Shown: one piece after another, positions 19,390 to 27,932 of the stretch
Position numbering within the stretch: the first letter of the stretch is position 1
Layout of the letters: each line of letters opens with the position of its first letter
Assembly (NCBI GenBank): GCA_021817735.1
Contig: JAKAFX010000001.1
Coordinates: forward strand, 1 to 51,998
Direction of reading: 5' to 3'
Origin: Thermoplasmata archaeon
Lineage (GTDB): Archaea; Thermoplasmatota; Thermoplasmata; Thermoplasmatales; Thermoplasmataceae
DNA length: 51,998 bases
Made by a program: the position numbers and the translations under genes
Notes under the pieces: model-generated
Databases searched by the model: none
The model's input: only the letters and a program-made list of their open reading frames with translations
Told to the model about the DNA's origin: nothing

Positions 19390-20535
19390 ATGATGCAGGC
19401 AGACACGGAAGTCCATAAGGGTCTAGAGGGAGTCATTGTTTCTGAATCATCTGTAGGTTTTGTAGACGGTCAGGCTGGAAGACTCGTTTACAGGGGTTTC
19501 AACATTGAGACACTGGCAGCCAGGTCAAATTATGAGGAAGTAGCTTACCTCCTTCTTTACGGTCATCTCCCGAACCAGAAGGAGTTTGAAAATTTCAAGG
19601 CGACTCTCAGAAGCACAATGGAACTTAACACTGACACAGTTGATCTTATCAAATCTATAGGCCATAAGGCCCATCCAATGTCTGTCCTAAGAACAGTTGT
19701 ATCATACATAGGGGCAAAGGATCCGAAGAGCAACAGCACAGACCTGAAGGATCAGGAGGAGATGTCACTGAGGATAATGTCCAAGTTCCCTGCCATAGTC
19801 GGAACCATTGCCAGGGCATCCAAGGGACTGAACCCAGTAAGGCCCGACCCGAAACTTGGATATGCCGCCAACTTCCTTTACTGCAGCACTGGAAGCAGGC
19901 CCGACGCAGAACAAGAGAAGATAATGGACACCTGCCTGATCCTCCATGCAGATCATGGGAGCAATGCCTCAACCTTCTCCGCGCTTGTTACCATTGCAAC
20001 CCTTGCCGATATGTACTCCGCGGTCACTTCTGCAATATCCACCCTTAAAGGACCACTTCACGGGGGCGCCAACGAGCTTGCACTCGAGACGATCAAGAAG
20101 GTTGGAAAACCAGAAAATGCAGAACAGGTCCTTTCGAAAATGCTTGCCAACAAGGAGAAGATAATGGGATTCGGCCACAGGGTGTACAAAGTTTATGATC
20201 CCAGAGCAAGGATACTCAAGGGTTTTGCAGAATCCGTTACGCATAAGAACGGTAAGGAGGTGCTGTTCCAGACAGCGGAACAGATGGAAAAGGTTATGAT
20301 CTCCAAACTCGGCGAGAAGGGAATTTTCCCAAACGTAGACTTCTACTCTGGAATGGTCTATGATTCCCTCGGCTTTGAAAGCAACATGTTCACTCCCATC
20401 TTTGCGCTTGCAAGGGTCGCAGGTTGGACTGCAAGGTCTCTGGAATATGTAAAGGACAACAAGCTGTTCAGACCAAAGGCAAAATATGTCGGGGAAATCG
20501 GACCAAAGGACTACATAGAGATCCAGAAGCGCTAA
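19390..20535 (+). CDS. gltA: citrate synthase
   Basis: LILHADHG, GPLHGGAN, GFGHRVYK, ARVAGW motifs. Start set at ATG 19390 (the ORF opens at GTG 19360). Confidence 0.94.
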   Translation: MMQADTEVHKGLEGVIVSESSVGFVDGQAGRLVYRGFNIETLAARSNYEEVAYLLLYGHLPNQKEFENFKATLRSTMELNTDTVDLIKSIGHKAHPMSVLRTVVSYIGAKDPKSNSTDLKDQEEMSLRIMSKFPAIVGTIARASKGLNPVRPDPKLGYAANFLYCSTGSRPDAEQEKIMDTCLILHADHGSNASTFSALVTIATLADMYSAVTSAISTLKGPLHGGANELALETIKKVGKPENAEQVLSKMLANKEKIMGFGHRVYKVYDPRARILKGFAESVTHKNGKEVLFQTAEQMEKVMISKLGEKGIFPNVDFYSGMVYDSLGFESNMFTPIFALARVAGWTARSLEYVKDNKLFRPKAKYVGEIGPKDYIEIQKR

Positions 20536-20541
20536 ACCCTG

Positions 20542-22524
20542 ATGTACAGGTACGACAGGATAATCCGGAAGAACCATGGTCACTTCCATGATTCTTCTGC
20601 AATCTTATTTGGCAATGACAGCAGCGGGCTTCCGGTTGCACTCGGGGAACAGGATCTGTCAGGGCACCTCCTGGTACTGGGCAAGAGCGGCACAGGCAAG
20701 TCCAATCTCATATCCAACATAGTTTCTGAACTGCTTTCCAAAGGATCTGTTGTAGTGCTGGTCGACCCCCATGGAGACATGATGGAGAATCTTGTTACGA
20801 CTCACCAAGAGCATTCTCTTTATATCAGCCCGTTCAGTTCCAGTGATGGCAAGCACGTGGGGTTCAATGTCCTTGGAGACGTCAGGACCGAAATGGACGC
20901 GGAGATCGCAAGCCAGTGGATCAAGGAGATTTTTTCACTCTCGTCAGATCTATCAGGCAATACATGGGGGCCAAGAATTTCTCTCATACTCGGCTCGCTT
21001 GTGAAGGAATTCCTCTTCCAGAACCCTGGGTGTAATCTGTCGGATTTTTCACTGTTCATAACCAACAGGAATGAGGTAAGAAAGTTGATCAACTCTTCCA
21101 GCAACAGGGAACTGAGTGAATTCATTTCAATGCAGCAGAGCAACTGGAACCGTTGGGTGGAGTACGTATCAAGCAGCCTTAACAAGCTGATTCCTGTCCT
21201 GTCAAATTCATTGACCAGGTTGATGGTATCTTCCAGGCACGACACCGTGGATCTTGCTGAGCAGCTGAAGAGTCGCCCACGCCTAATTGCAATCGACTGT
21301 TCTAAAAGAAAGATGCCTGAAGAGACAGGAAGAGTCCTTTCACTCCTAATGCTGATGAAGATATGGAACATCCTGCTAAGGGGTGGAAACCCAGACAGTC
21401 CAGTTTACATTGTTATTGACGAAGCTCACAACGTGCCTTCAGTTATTATGGAGAGGATATTGAGTGAAGGAAGAAAGCTGGGCATCAGGATAATTCTTGC
21501 AACACAGTTCCTAGCCCAGTTGCACAGGAGTTTTCTCGAGTCCATCGAGGGGAATGTCAGGAATTTTGTCAGTTTCAACGTATCAGAGGAAGATGCTAGG
21601 CTGCTGGCGCGAGAAGTTCCGGACAGGAAATTGCAGGGCAGGCTGATGGAAGTGCTAATGGGACAGAGGTCACACAATGCAGTTATCTGGAACTACAACG
21701 CTTCGGGCTTTCATGGGCCAACTCATCTGCGCCCCAGTTTTAATCCACCTGAATATGACCGCGACTCCATTTCCCGTGCTATCGATACACTGACCAGGAA
21801 ACATGGGGAATTCGAGGAGAAGCCGGAGTTGGTCGAAGAGTCTGTTGGTCTTCATGAGAGAATTATTGACTCCGTACAGCGTTTTCTCTCACGCAATGGA
21901 ATAGAAATGCGAACCGGAGAAAGAATCTCCGGATCCATCCCGGATGCGATTTTTAACTATGGCGGCACGGAGTACATCGTCGAGGTTGAGGTTTCTGATC
22001 TGTCAAGGAGTTACAGGGTACTGGAAAAGATTGCAAAGTACTCAGGAAGAAAACTTCTGATGGTGGTCCCGGAAGACCATTCCCGTTCGATTTACAGCAC
22101 AATATTCAGTTCCATAAGCTTCCACAACACAAACGGCCTCGTTGCGGAAGCCGGCCCATCTGAGAGGGGATCTACTGTAAGATATTCAGACATGGGTGCG
22201 TTTTTCAGCAATATCTACGTGGTAGAGTCAAGAGGACAGAGGCTTTACCTGTCTCTCTTTGACAAACTTCTGCCTTTATCTGTAGCTGACCTTCTGAAGA
22301 CAGGCAGTCCTGAGAGGAGCATGGCGAGAACCGATACTGGAAAAGTGGCCATAGAGATCCTGAAAGAGATGGCATATGCCAGGGTATTTGCAATAGACAG
22401 GAGAGTTCACAGAAGACCAGAGCATGTATCTGAATCATCGTATTCCGAGCTCATGGGAAGGATCAATGGGGGATTTCTGACTCCCGGCAGCCTTTTTCTG
22501 GCTACCGCAGGGAGGGAATCCTAA
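20542..22524 (+). CDS. FtsK/HerA/TraG-superfamily P-loop ATPase with a C-terminal PD-(D/E)xK-like domain
   Basis: Walker A LVLGKSGTGKSN, LVDPHGD, Walker B VYIVIDEAHN, GRKLGIRIILATQ. Residues ~430-520 read helix, then IPDAIF, then YIVEVEVSD, then helix, then LLMVVPE, which is a restriction-endonuclease-like core pattern. Confidence 0.7.
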   Translation: MYRYDRIIRKNHGHFHDSSAILFGNDSSGLPVALGEQDLSGHLLVLGKSGTGKSNLISNIVSELLSKGSVVVLVDPHGDMMENLVTTHQEHSLYISPFSSSDGKHVGFNVLGDVRTEMDAEIASQWIKEIFSLSSDLSGNTWGPRISLILGSLVKEFLFQNPGCNLSDFSLFITNRNEVRKLINSSSNRELSEFISMQQSNWNRWVEYVSSSLNKLIPVLSNSLTRLMVSSRHDTVDLAEQLKSRPRLIAIDCSKRKMPEETGRVLSLLMLMKIWNILLRGGNPDSPVYIVIDEAHNVPSVIMERILSEGRKLGIRIILATQFLAQLHRSFLESIEGNVRNFVSFNVSEEDARLLAREVPDRKLQGRLMEVLMGQRSHNAVIWNYNASGFHGPTHLRPSFNPPEYDRDSISRAIDTLTRKHGEFEEKPELVEESVGLHERIIDSVQRFLSRNGIEMRTGERISGSIPDAIFNYGGTEYIVEVEVSDLSRSYRVLEKIAKYSGRKLLMVVPEDHSRSIYSTIFSSISFHNTNGLVAEAGPSERGSTVRYSDMGAFFSNIYVVESRGQRLYLSLFDKLLPLSVADLLKTGSPERSMARTDTGKVAIEILKEMAYARVFAIDRRVHRRPEHVSESSYSELMGRINGGFLTPGSLFLATAGRES

Positions 22525-22612
22525 TTTCTGGCCCTTAGAGTGGAGAGATATACTATCATTTTATAGAACTTCCAATGAAAAGATTATTATCATCTTTGTT
22601 GTTTTACAATTC

Positions 22613-23314
22613 ATGGAAGCCAGGGTCGAAAACAATGGAGATTTCTATAAGGAAACATACCAATTCGTGAAGGATCATGCTGCGACAAACAATGATTTCA
22701 TAAACAGATTTGCACGGGGCGATATATCCGAAGAGGAATTCAGGCGCTTTTCTGTTGAGTTTTACCATTTTACAAGAGAGTGGCCCTCCATTCTATCAAT
22801 ACTGCTTGTAAATACTCCGGAAGAAGCCGACGCGGAGAACCTGACAACTATACTGGTTTCTGAGCTGGGTGATGCCGATCCCAAAAAGCGGCATGAGCTA
22901 CTGTACAGGAAGTATCTGAGGAGCCTTGGACTGGACCCAGCTGAGATCGTTAGGAAGAAGAAGCTCAGTTCGACTGCTGCCTGGTTGGACGGGATGAGGA
23001 ATTACTTCGCTTCGAACTATTTCGAAGCCCTTGGTGCTGAATTTGGGCTTGAGAACATGGCCATACCCATGTGGGACAAGATTCTTGCTGGATTCAAGGT
23101 ATGGGTTAACAAGCACCCAGAATACAAGAGCATTGACATAGAGTATTTTACCTTCCACAGGGAATTGGAGATTCACCATGAGGAGGCCATGGCCGATGTG
23201 CTTGGAGCTCACAGAGACGACCCCGTAGCAAGAAAGAACTTCAAGACAGGAGCTGACGGGATATTGAAGCTGGAAGAGAAATTCTGGCTTGGGCTTTCTG
23301 ATAGCAGGAATTGA
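22613..23314 (+). CDS. heme-oxygenase-like fold, iron-containing redox enzyme family protein (TenA/PqqC-like)
   Basis: 233-aa all-helical protein. FINRFARGDISEEEFRRFSVEFYHFTREWP...VSELGD...HELLYRKYL...FTFHRELEIHHEE resembles the Haem_oxygenase_2-type family. Confidence 0.45.
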   Translation: MEARVENNGDFYKETYQFVKDHAATNNDFINRFARGDISEEEFRRFSVEFYHFTREWPSILSILLVNTPEEADAENLTTILVSELGDADPKKRHELLYRKYLRSLGLDPAEIVRKKKLSSTAAWLDGMRNYFASNYFEALGAEFGLENMAIPMWDKILAGFKVWVNKHPEYKSIDIEYFTFHRELEIHHEEAMADVLGAHRDDPVARKNFKTGADGILKLEEKFWLGLSDSRN

Positions 23315-23391
23315 ACTTCCGGCTTACGGAAAACACACCAGGCAAATATTATTACGGCACTGTCGATCCACTTGCCCTGGCAAGTGGGTCT

Positions 23392-24141
23392 ATGAGCGAC
23401 GGCGTATCCATAATTTTGGCTGTAATCAACGAGGAGAACAATATACCTCTTCTTATCTCCAGGATAGATTCCCTTATTGTCACAGGCAAGATAACTAATC
23501 TCAAGGACATTGTCTTTTGCGACGGCGGAAGCAACGATAGAACTCTTGAGGTAATAGACAGCCTCATGAAAGAGAAAAGGCCCTACGCTGTGCGTCTTGA
23601 ACACCAGAATATCAAGCCTGGAACGGCACCGGCTAGCCTTGAAGCACTACATCTGGCCACAGGAAGGGACATTGTGATCATGGACGGGGACCTTCAACAT
23701 CCTCCTGAAGTTATTGCTGAACTTGTTGCAGAGAAGGCAAGGGGCTATGATCTGGTTGTTGCCTCCCGCAACACGGAAGGCGGGCAGATCGAACGAACCT
23801 TGATTCGTGCCATAATAAGCCGGGGTGCAGAGTACCTGGCAAGACATACGGTAGCCCAGGCGCGAAAGGTCAGAGATCCCATCTCCGGGTACTTTATCGT
23901 TGACCGGAGCTATCTTGAGAAGCTTGAGCCGAGATCCGGCCTCTATAAACTGCTCCTCTATGTGATGGCCGCAAATCCCAATCTAAGGATATCGGAAATC
24001 CCTTTTTCTTTTGGGATGAGGGTCCACGGGGTATCGAAGTTGACGCAAAGGTCTACTCACTTTCTCAGGAGATACCTGAAAGAACTAAATTTTTACAGGG
24101 AAATCCAGAAGAAATCGAAAAATCATTCTCGAGTCACGTAG
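23392..24141 (+). CDS. GT2 glycosyltransferase, dolichyl-phosphate mannose synthase-like
   Basis: ILAVINEENNI, FCDGGSNDRT, IVIMDGDLQHPPEVI, DLVVASRN, DPISGYF. Start set at ATG 23392 (the ORF opens at TTG 23311). Confidence 0.85.
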   Translation: MSDGVSIILAVINEENNIPLLISRIDSLIVTGKITNLKDIVFCDGGSNDRTLEVIDSLMKEKRPYAVRLEHQNIKPGTAPASLEALHLATGRDIVIMDGDLQHPPEVIAELVAEKARGYDLVVASRNTEGGQIERTLIRAIISRGAEYLARHTVAQARKVRDPISGYFIVDRSYLEKLEPRSGLYKLLLYVMAANPNLRISEIPFSFGMRVHGVSKLTQRSTHFLRRYLKELNFYREIQKKSKNHSRVT

Positions 24142-24593
24142 ATGTTCCATACCAGCTTCATTGATATGAAGTAGTTAGGTACCAGTGCAGCAGCACTTCC
24201 GATAAAGTTACCAAGAATTGGGGTCAGACTGTAGAAGTGTAAAAGGAGATACTGGATCGATATGGACACTGCCGCTCCTATTATGTATACGAATTGAAAT
24301 TTCATAAGGTTTATGAAAATCCCCAGTGGGTCTCTCGGATGCCTCCCCTGATTTCTGGTAGACCAAATGTCATTGACAAAAAAACCAAAGCATACACTCA
24401 GGAAGTTTGCGATTATCTCCACTGGCAGGAAATAACTTATTCCAAGGCCAATAAGCCCTGCCGCGATTATAAACTCGGAAACAAGAAAGCCCCCTCCACC
24501 TGTTATTACGAACTTGATTGCCCTATTTCTGTTCAACCTGTAAAAGTTCTTGATCCTCCAGAACAGGGTTCTCTGACTTTCCATGGAATCCAA
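24123..24593 (-). CDS. GtrA-family membrane protein
   Basis: 156 aa, 4 predicted TM segments, KFVITGGGGFLVSEFI start typical of GtrA. Its 3' end overlaps the convergent GT2 gene by 19 nt. Confidence 0.75.
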   Translation of the reverse strand: MDSMESQRTLFWRIKNFYRLNRNRAIKFVITGGGGFLVSEFIIAAGLIGLGISYFLPVEIIANFLSVCFGFFVNDIWSTRNQGRHPRDPLGIFINLMKFQFVYIIGAAVSISIQYLLLHFYSLTPILGNFIGSAAALVPNYFISMKLVWNIYVTRE

Positions 24594-24599
24594 CCGGCT

Positions 24600-25634
24600 C
24601 TACTCTCTGTTTCTGGAGATCTTCCAGACCAAGTAATCGCTTGAAAAGTAATTAATGAAGAATCCGAACATTATTCCCACCAGGTTTGCGACCAGATAAT
24701 TGGGGATAAGGGCGTAATCGGTCAGGCCCACGGTTGCTGCGACGTTGACTGCGGAGCCAATACCGGTAAATATGTTGTACTTCAGCAACCTAGACACTAT
24801 AGAACCAGACCTTCTGTCGGAGAAAGTCCATGAGTTGTTTAGAGTGAAGTTCCAGACTATTGAAGCTTCAACTGCAATGACAGAAGCGACCGGAAGTATC
24901 AAAAGGTGCAGTCCAGAGAAGTAATATCTGAACATGTTGTCCAGCAGATAGAGGAATCCCTCGTTGATCCCAATGCCGGTAATCCCAACGAGAGCAAACT
25001 TAACAACACGGAACTTTGAAAGCGTAAGTACTGACCATAGATAACTAAGGTAAGATTGAGGCGAGCCCATTGGTGGGTTTTGGCGGGTCTTTCCTTCCAT
25101 CGGAATCTCTGCAATCTTTGCGGAGCGATTCTTTATAACGACTTCCGCAAGCATAGTGCTAACGCCAGTTCTCAGGACTATATTCTCGAGAATCTGCCTT
25201 CGAGCTATAAATACGTTTGACAGCGGGTCCTTTATGCCAGAAAGCTCGCGAACAAGGATTTTGGCTATGAGGGTCTTCAGGCCGGTTTTCCCCCTCCTAG
25301 AGCCAACAACAAGATCATAACCCTCCATGGCCTTGTCCACGAGGGTAGCAAGAAATTCACCGGAAACCTTCGCAGTAGAGTCAATGACCAGAACATAATC
25401 TCCCATGGATCTTTGCATTGCCTCATCGAAATTCTCAAGGAAATGGCCCGAATTTCTGATTCTAGATATCCTAAGTCTCTGGTTGAGAGAAAATTCGTCG
25501 ATCTCGAAGGGAGAACTGGGATCCTCGATGATAACTAACTCGGCATCTAACCCAAGTTCCTCAAGCCTCTCCCCTAGTCTGTTTACCTGAGTCATTTCAG
25601 ATTGAGGATGAATTTGTAATGTAACAAGAGTCAT
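24600..25634 (-). CDS. GT2-like domain fused to a GtrA-like membrane domain (GT2 motifs degenerate)
   Basis: The N-terminal half is collinear with Dol-P-sugar synthases (DLVVGSRR, IKDPLSNVF), but IEDPSS and VIDSTA stand where DD and DxD motifs are expected. The C-terminal half, FRVVKFALVGITGIGINEGF..., is GtrA-like. Confidence 0.7.
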   Translation of the reverse strand: MTLVTLQIHPQSEMTQVNRLGERLEELGLDAELVIIEDPSSPFEIDEFSLNQRLRISRIRNSGHFLENFDEAMQRSMGDYVLVIDSTAKVSGEFLATLVDKAMEGYDLVVGSRRGKTGLKTLIAKILVRELSGIKDPLSNVFIARRQILENIVLRTGVSTMLAEVVIKNRSAKIAEIPMEGKTRQNPPMGSPQSYLSYLWSVLTLSKFRVVKFALVGITGIGINEGFLYLLDNMFRYYFSGLHLLILPVASVIAVEASIVWNFTLNNSWTFSDRRSGSIVSRLLKYNIFTGIGSAVNVAATVGLTDYALIPNYLVANLVGIMFGFFINYFSSDYLVWKISRNRE

Positions 25635-25712
25635 GGAACTACACTCATTTAATGGCTACGCCAGGTTAAGGCTATGACGATGAAATATTTTAAATATGTT
25701 GTGACGGAACCC

Positions 25713-25777
25713 AAAGAAAAAATAAAACGAATATTGAAAAATTTTTCGAAAGAAAAAGTTGTGAGGAAAGGTCCTCA
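25713..25777 (-). terminator. candidate terminator of the surface-protein gene: hairpin plus oligo-T tracts
   Basis: Inverted repeat TGAGGA-aagg-TCCTCA (25762-25777) includes the stop codon. On the transcribed strand it is followed by CTTTTTCTTTCG, AAATTTTTC and GTTTTATTTTTTCTTTG. Confidence 0.4.
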
Positions 25778-27676
25778 CTTTTGTTTTGGTGGGAGCGCTT
25801 TTCTCCTATAGAAATATGTGACTCCAATTCCTGCCCCGACAATTACGATCGCTGCAATGCCTGCATCGATCGCAAAAGCACCACCGTTGTTGCCTGTAGT
25901 ACTGGGAGCGAAGTCAGTGGACACATTCTGGCTCTTCCCATTCACCGTAATGGTGACCGGGTTGAGGAATGAATACGTTCCATGGTTCAGAATATAGGCC
26001 TGGAACTGGTAGGTCCCATTGGGAAGATATATTGGGAATTCAAGGGGGGCGGGAACTGTAACCAGATCCATGCAGCAAGTTGCAGCAATAGAACTGCTGA
26101 ACGGTATTCCAAACGTCAAAGTCACTCCCCACTCCGTCCCGCTGGGAATTCCCTTAGACGAGAAGAACAGGGGATAGGACTTCTGTTGGATCAGATGAAG
26201 GCTGACAGAGGCGTTTCTATCGTTGATTGTGAAAGTGCCCGTAGTGTTCTCGAACCCGTATTGACCACAAACCATGACTGAATAGTTGTATATTCCTGGC
26301 ATAAGGTTGGCAAACGTGTACTGGGGATTATATGTGTTGTACGATCTCAACACGGTTGAATCATTCATGACCATTACCTGCCACGCCGGAATACTCACAG
26401 GTGGGTTAGCAATTGTAAAGTTCGCACTGTATGTCTTGGGTGCAGGTTGTATTGTCAATCCAAGTGTGATATTGGAACCGTCTATGGTAAATTCACCACG
26501 TGCCGGAGACAAAGTATAGCCATTGATGTGGTTATATATCTTATACTGGTATGTACCATTTTGCAAGCCTGTTACAACAGAATATATCTGCCCGCCACTA
26601 AGACTTGTTCCAACACAGACTCCATTCAACGTGTAAACGTCAGCTGAAAAATCCATCTGCGTGTTAGGGATTATTGTTGAAGACGGGTTGGTAATTGCAA
26701 ACCTGGCCCGGTAAGTGGATTGTGGAAGAGAGAAGGAAATGTTGAGCAAAAGCGAGGCTCCATGCACAGTGAAGGCCCCACTACTGGGACTGCCCACATA
26801 GTTGAACAGAGTTACCGTAATAAAACTGTATGTTCCGTTTACCAGATTGAAAGTAACATAATTGTCTCCCGGATAGCTCTCATTGTCCAGACTGAAACCA
26901 AGATTGTTTCCAACGCAAACAAAAAACCCCATTTTTGTCTGCAATCCGGTTTCGACAAACTTCACCTGGTAGGTTTTTCCCAGGGAGAACGTGAGATGCA
27001 CAGTGCCGTTTGAAGCGACCATTATGGTTCCGGATGCAGGGGATAGGGACGTTCCGTAAGGAGAGGTGATTGAGTAAGTATAGTTGCCCACGTATAGATT
27101 CTGAAACTCTATCGATGCCCCATTAGAAGAGAGGGTCTCGGGAGGATAGAAAATGTCTATGCCACTTAGCTGAACAGTCCAAGCCCACGATATACCATTC
27201 AATACACTGGGTAAATTAGTGACATTGAAATATTCATTGAAAAATGGTTTGGGTATAGAAACATTAGCGAAGGTAATTGGCACGTTAACATCATGCCCGT
27301 TCACAATGGCTGTTCCGCTGAATTGTTCGGCGACATATTGGTTTGTCTGGCTAATGGAAGCGTACACATTATTGAAATAATAACTTCCATTGCTCACCAG
27401 CAGAGATATCCTATCTCCAGTGGAATACACCGTAGATGGATAGTAGCCCGGGCTCGTCCCATACGACAATCGCCAATAAGTTCCAGCAGGAAGGCCTGTT
27501 TCTGTAAAATTGAGGTAGTACATGCCCACAATCTTTGGGGTGTACGTACTTCCAGAAATTTGCCCCTTTGCGACCCCCATGTCGGAGGTCCCGTACGAAC
27601 CAATCATCAAAGACGCTACTGCAATGGTCAGCACGACCAAAGCCAACGATCTTTTGTCTGAATTAGTCTTCGACAT
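25775..27676 (-). CDS. secreted, C-terminally anchored surface (S-layer-candidate) glycoprotein built of repeated modules
   Basis: N-terminal hydrophobic signal/anchor (LALVVLTIAVASLMIG). C-terminal TM plus basic tail (IAAIVIVGAGIGVTYFYRRK). About 18 N-x-S/T sequons by my manual count. AT-rich upstream region. Confidence 0.75.
   Translation of the reverse strand: MSKTNSDKRSLALVVLTIAVASLMIGSYGTSDMGVAKGQISGSTYTPKIVGMYYLNFTETGLPAGTYWRLSYGTSPGYYPSTVYSTGDRISLLVSNGSYYFNNVYASISQTNQYVAEQFSGTAIVNGHDVNVPITFANVSIPKPFFNEYFNVTNLPSVLNGISWAWTVQLSGIDIFYPPETLSSNGASIEFQNLYVGNYTYSITSPYGTSLSPASGTIMVASNGTVHLTFSLGKTYQVKFVETGLQTKMGFFVCVGNNLGFSLDNESYPGDNYVTFNLVNGTYSFITVTLFNYVGSPSSGAFTVHGASLLLNISFSLPQSTYRARFAITNPSSTIIPNTQMDFSADVYTLNGVCVGTSLSGGQIYSVVTGLQNGTYQYKIYNHINGYTLSPARGEFTIDGSNITLGLTIQPAPKTYSANFTIANPPVSIPAWQVMVMNDSTVLRSYNTYNPQYTFANLMPGIYNYSVMVCGQYGFENTTGTFTINDRNASVSLHLIQQKSYPLFFSSKGIPSGTEWGVTLTFGIPFSSSIAATCCMDLVTVPAPLEFPIYLPNGTYQFQAYILNHGTYSFLNPVTITVNGKSQNVSTDFAPSTTGNNGGAFAIDAGIAAIVIVGAGIGVTYFYRRKALPPKQK
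25907..27520 (-). repeat. six tandem ~80-90-aa protein modules (divergent at DNA level) inside the 633-aa surface protein
   Basis: A recurring pattern opens each module (F.ETGLP.GT.W or NP...IP). A mid-module G(T/I/S)Y.Y core follows (NGSYYF, GNYTYS, NGTYSF, NGTYQY, GIYNYS, NGTYQF). Each closes with G.FT(I/V).G.N...L.F. Confidence 0.6.
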
Positions 27677-27804
27677 TAGTACGGCATGATCGTGATTATA
27701 TAATAATTTTTATTTAAAGACGTTGAACCTCAGAAGATTAGTCTAATTTACACATACTAAATAGTTTTATAACTAGATATTGTAAAATATCGCATATAAT
27801 GAAG

Positions 27805-27877
27805 GGCCGGGTCCGGGAATTGAACCCGGGTCCGGGGATCCACAGTCCCCAAGGATATCCACTACCCCACCCCGGCC
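27805..27877 (-). tRNA. tRNA-His (anticodon GTG) with genome-encoded G-1
   Basis: The reverse complement GGCCGGGGTGGGGTAGTGGATATCCTTGGGGACTGTGGATCCCCGGACCCGGGTTCAATTCCCGGACCCGGCC has anticodon loop CTGTGGA. The extra 5' G can pair with discriminator C, the tRNA-His hallmark. Confidence 0.88.
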
Positions 27878-27902
27878 ATTTCCACGCTGAAATGTAATTT
27901 TG

Positions 27903-27911
27903 CTTAATATA
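27903..27911 (-). promoter_or_regulatory. TATA-like box upstream of tRNA-His
   Basis: TATATTAAG on the minus strand, centred about 30 nt upstream of the tRNA 5' end. Confidence 0.35.
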
Positions 27912-27932
27912 CTTCGTTTGGATGGTCTGTCA

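Noticed and set aside
16606-27877. The idea that the segment between tRNA-Gly and tRNA-His is a tRNA-targeted integrated element.
   Set aside because: It holds core metabolism (gdhA, citrate synthase). I saw no integrase and no partial tRNA duplication (att-like repeat).
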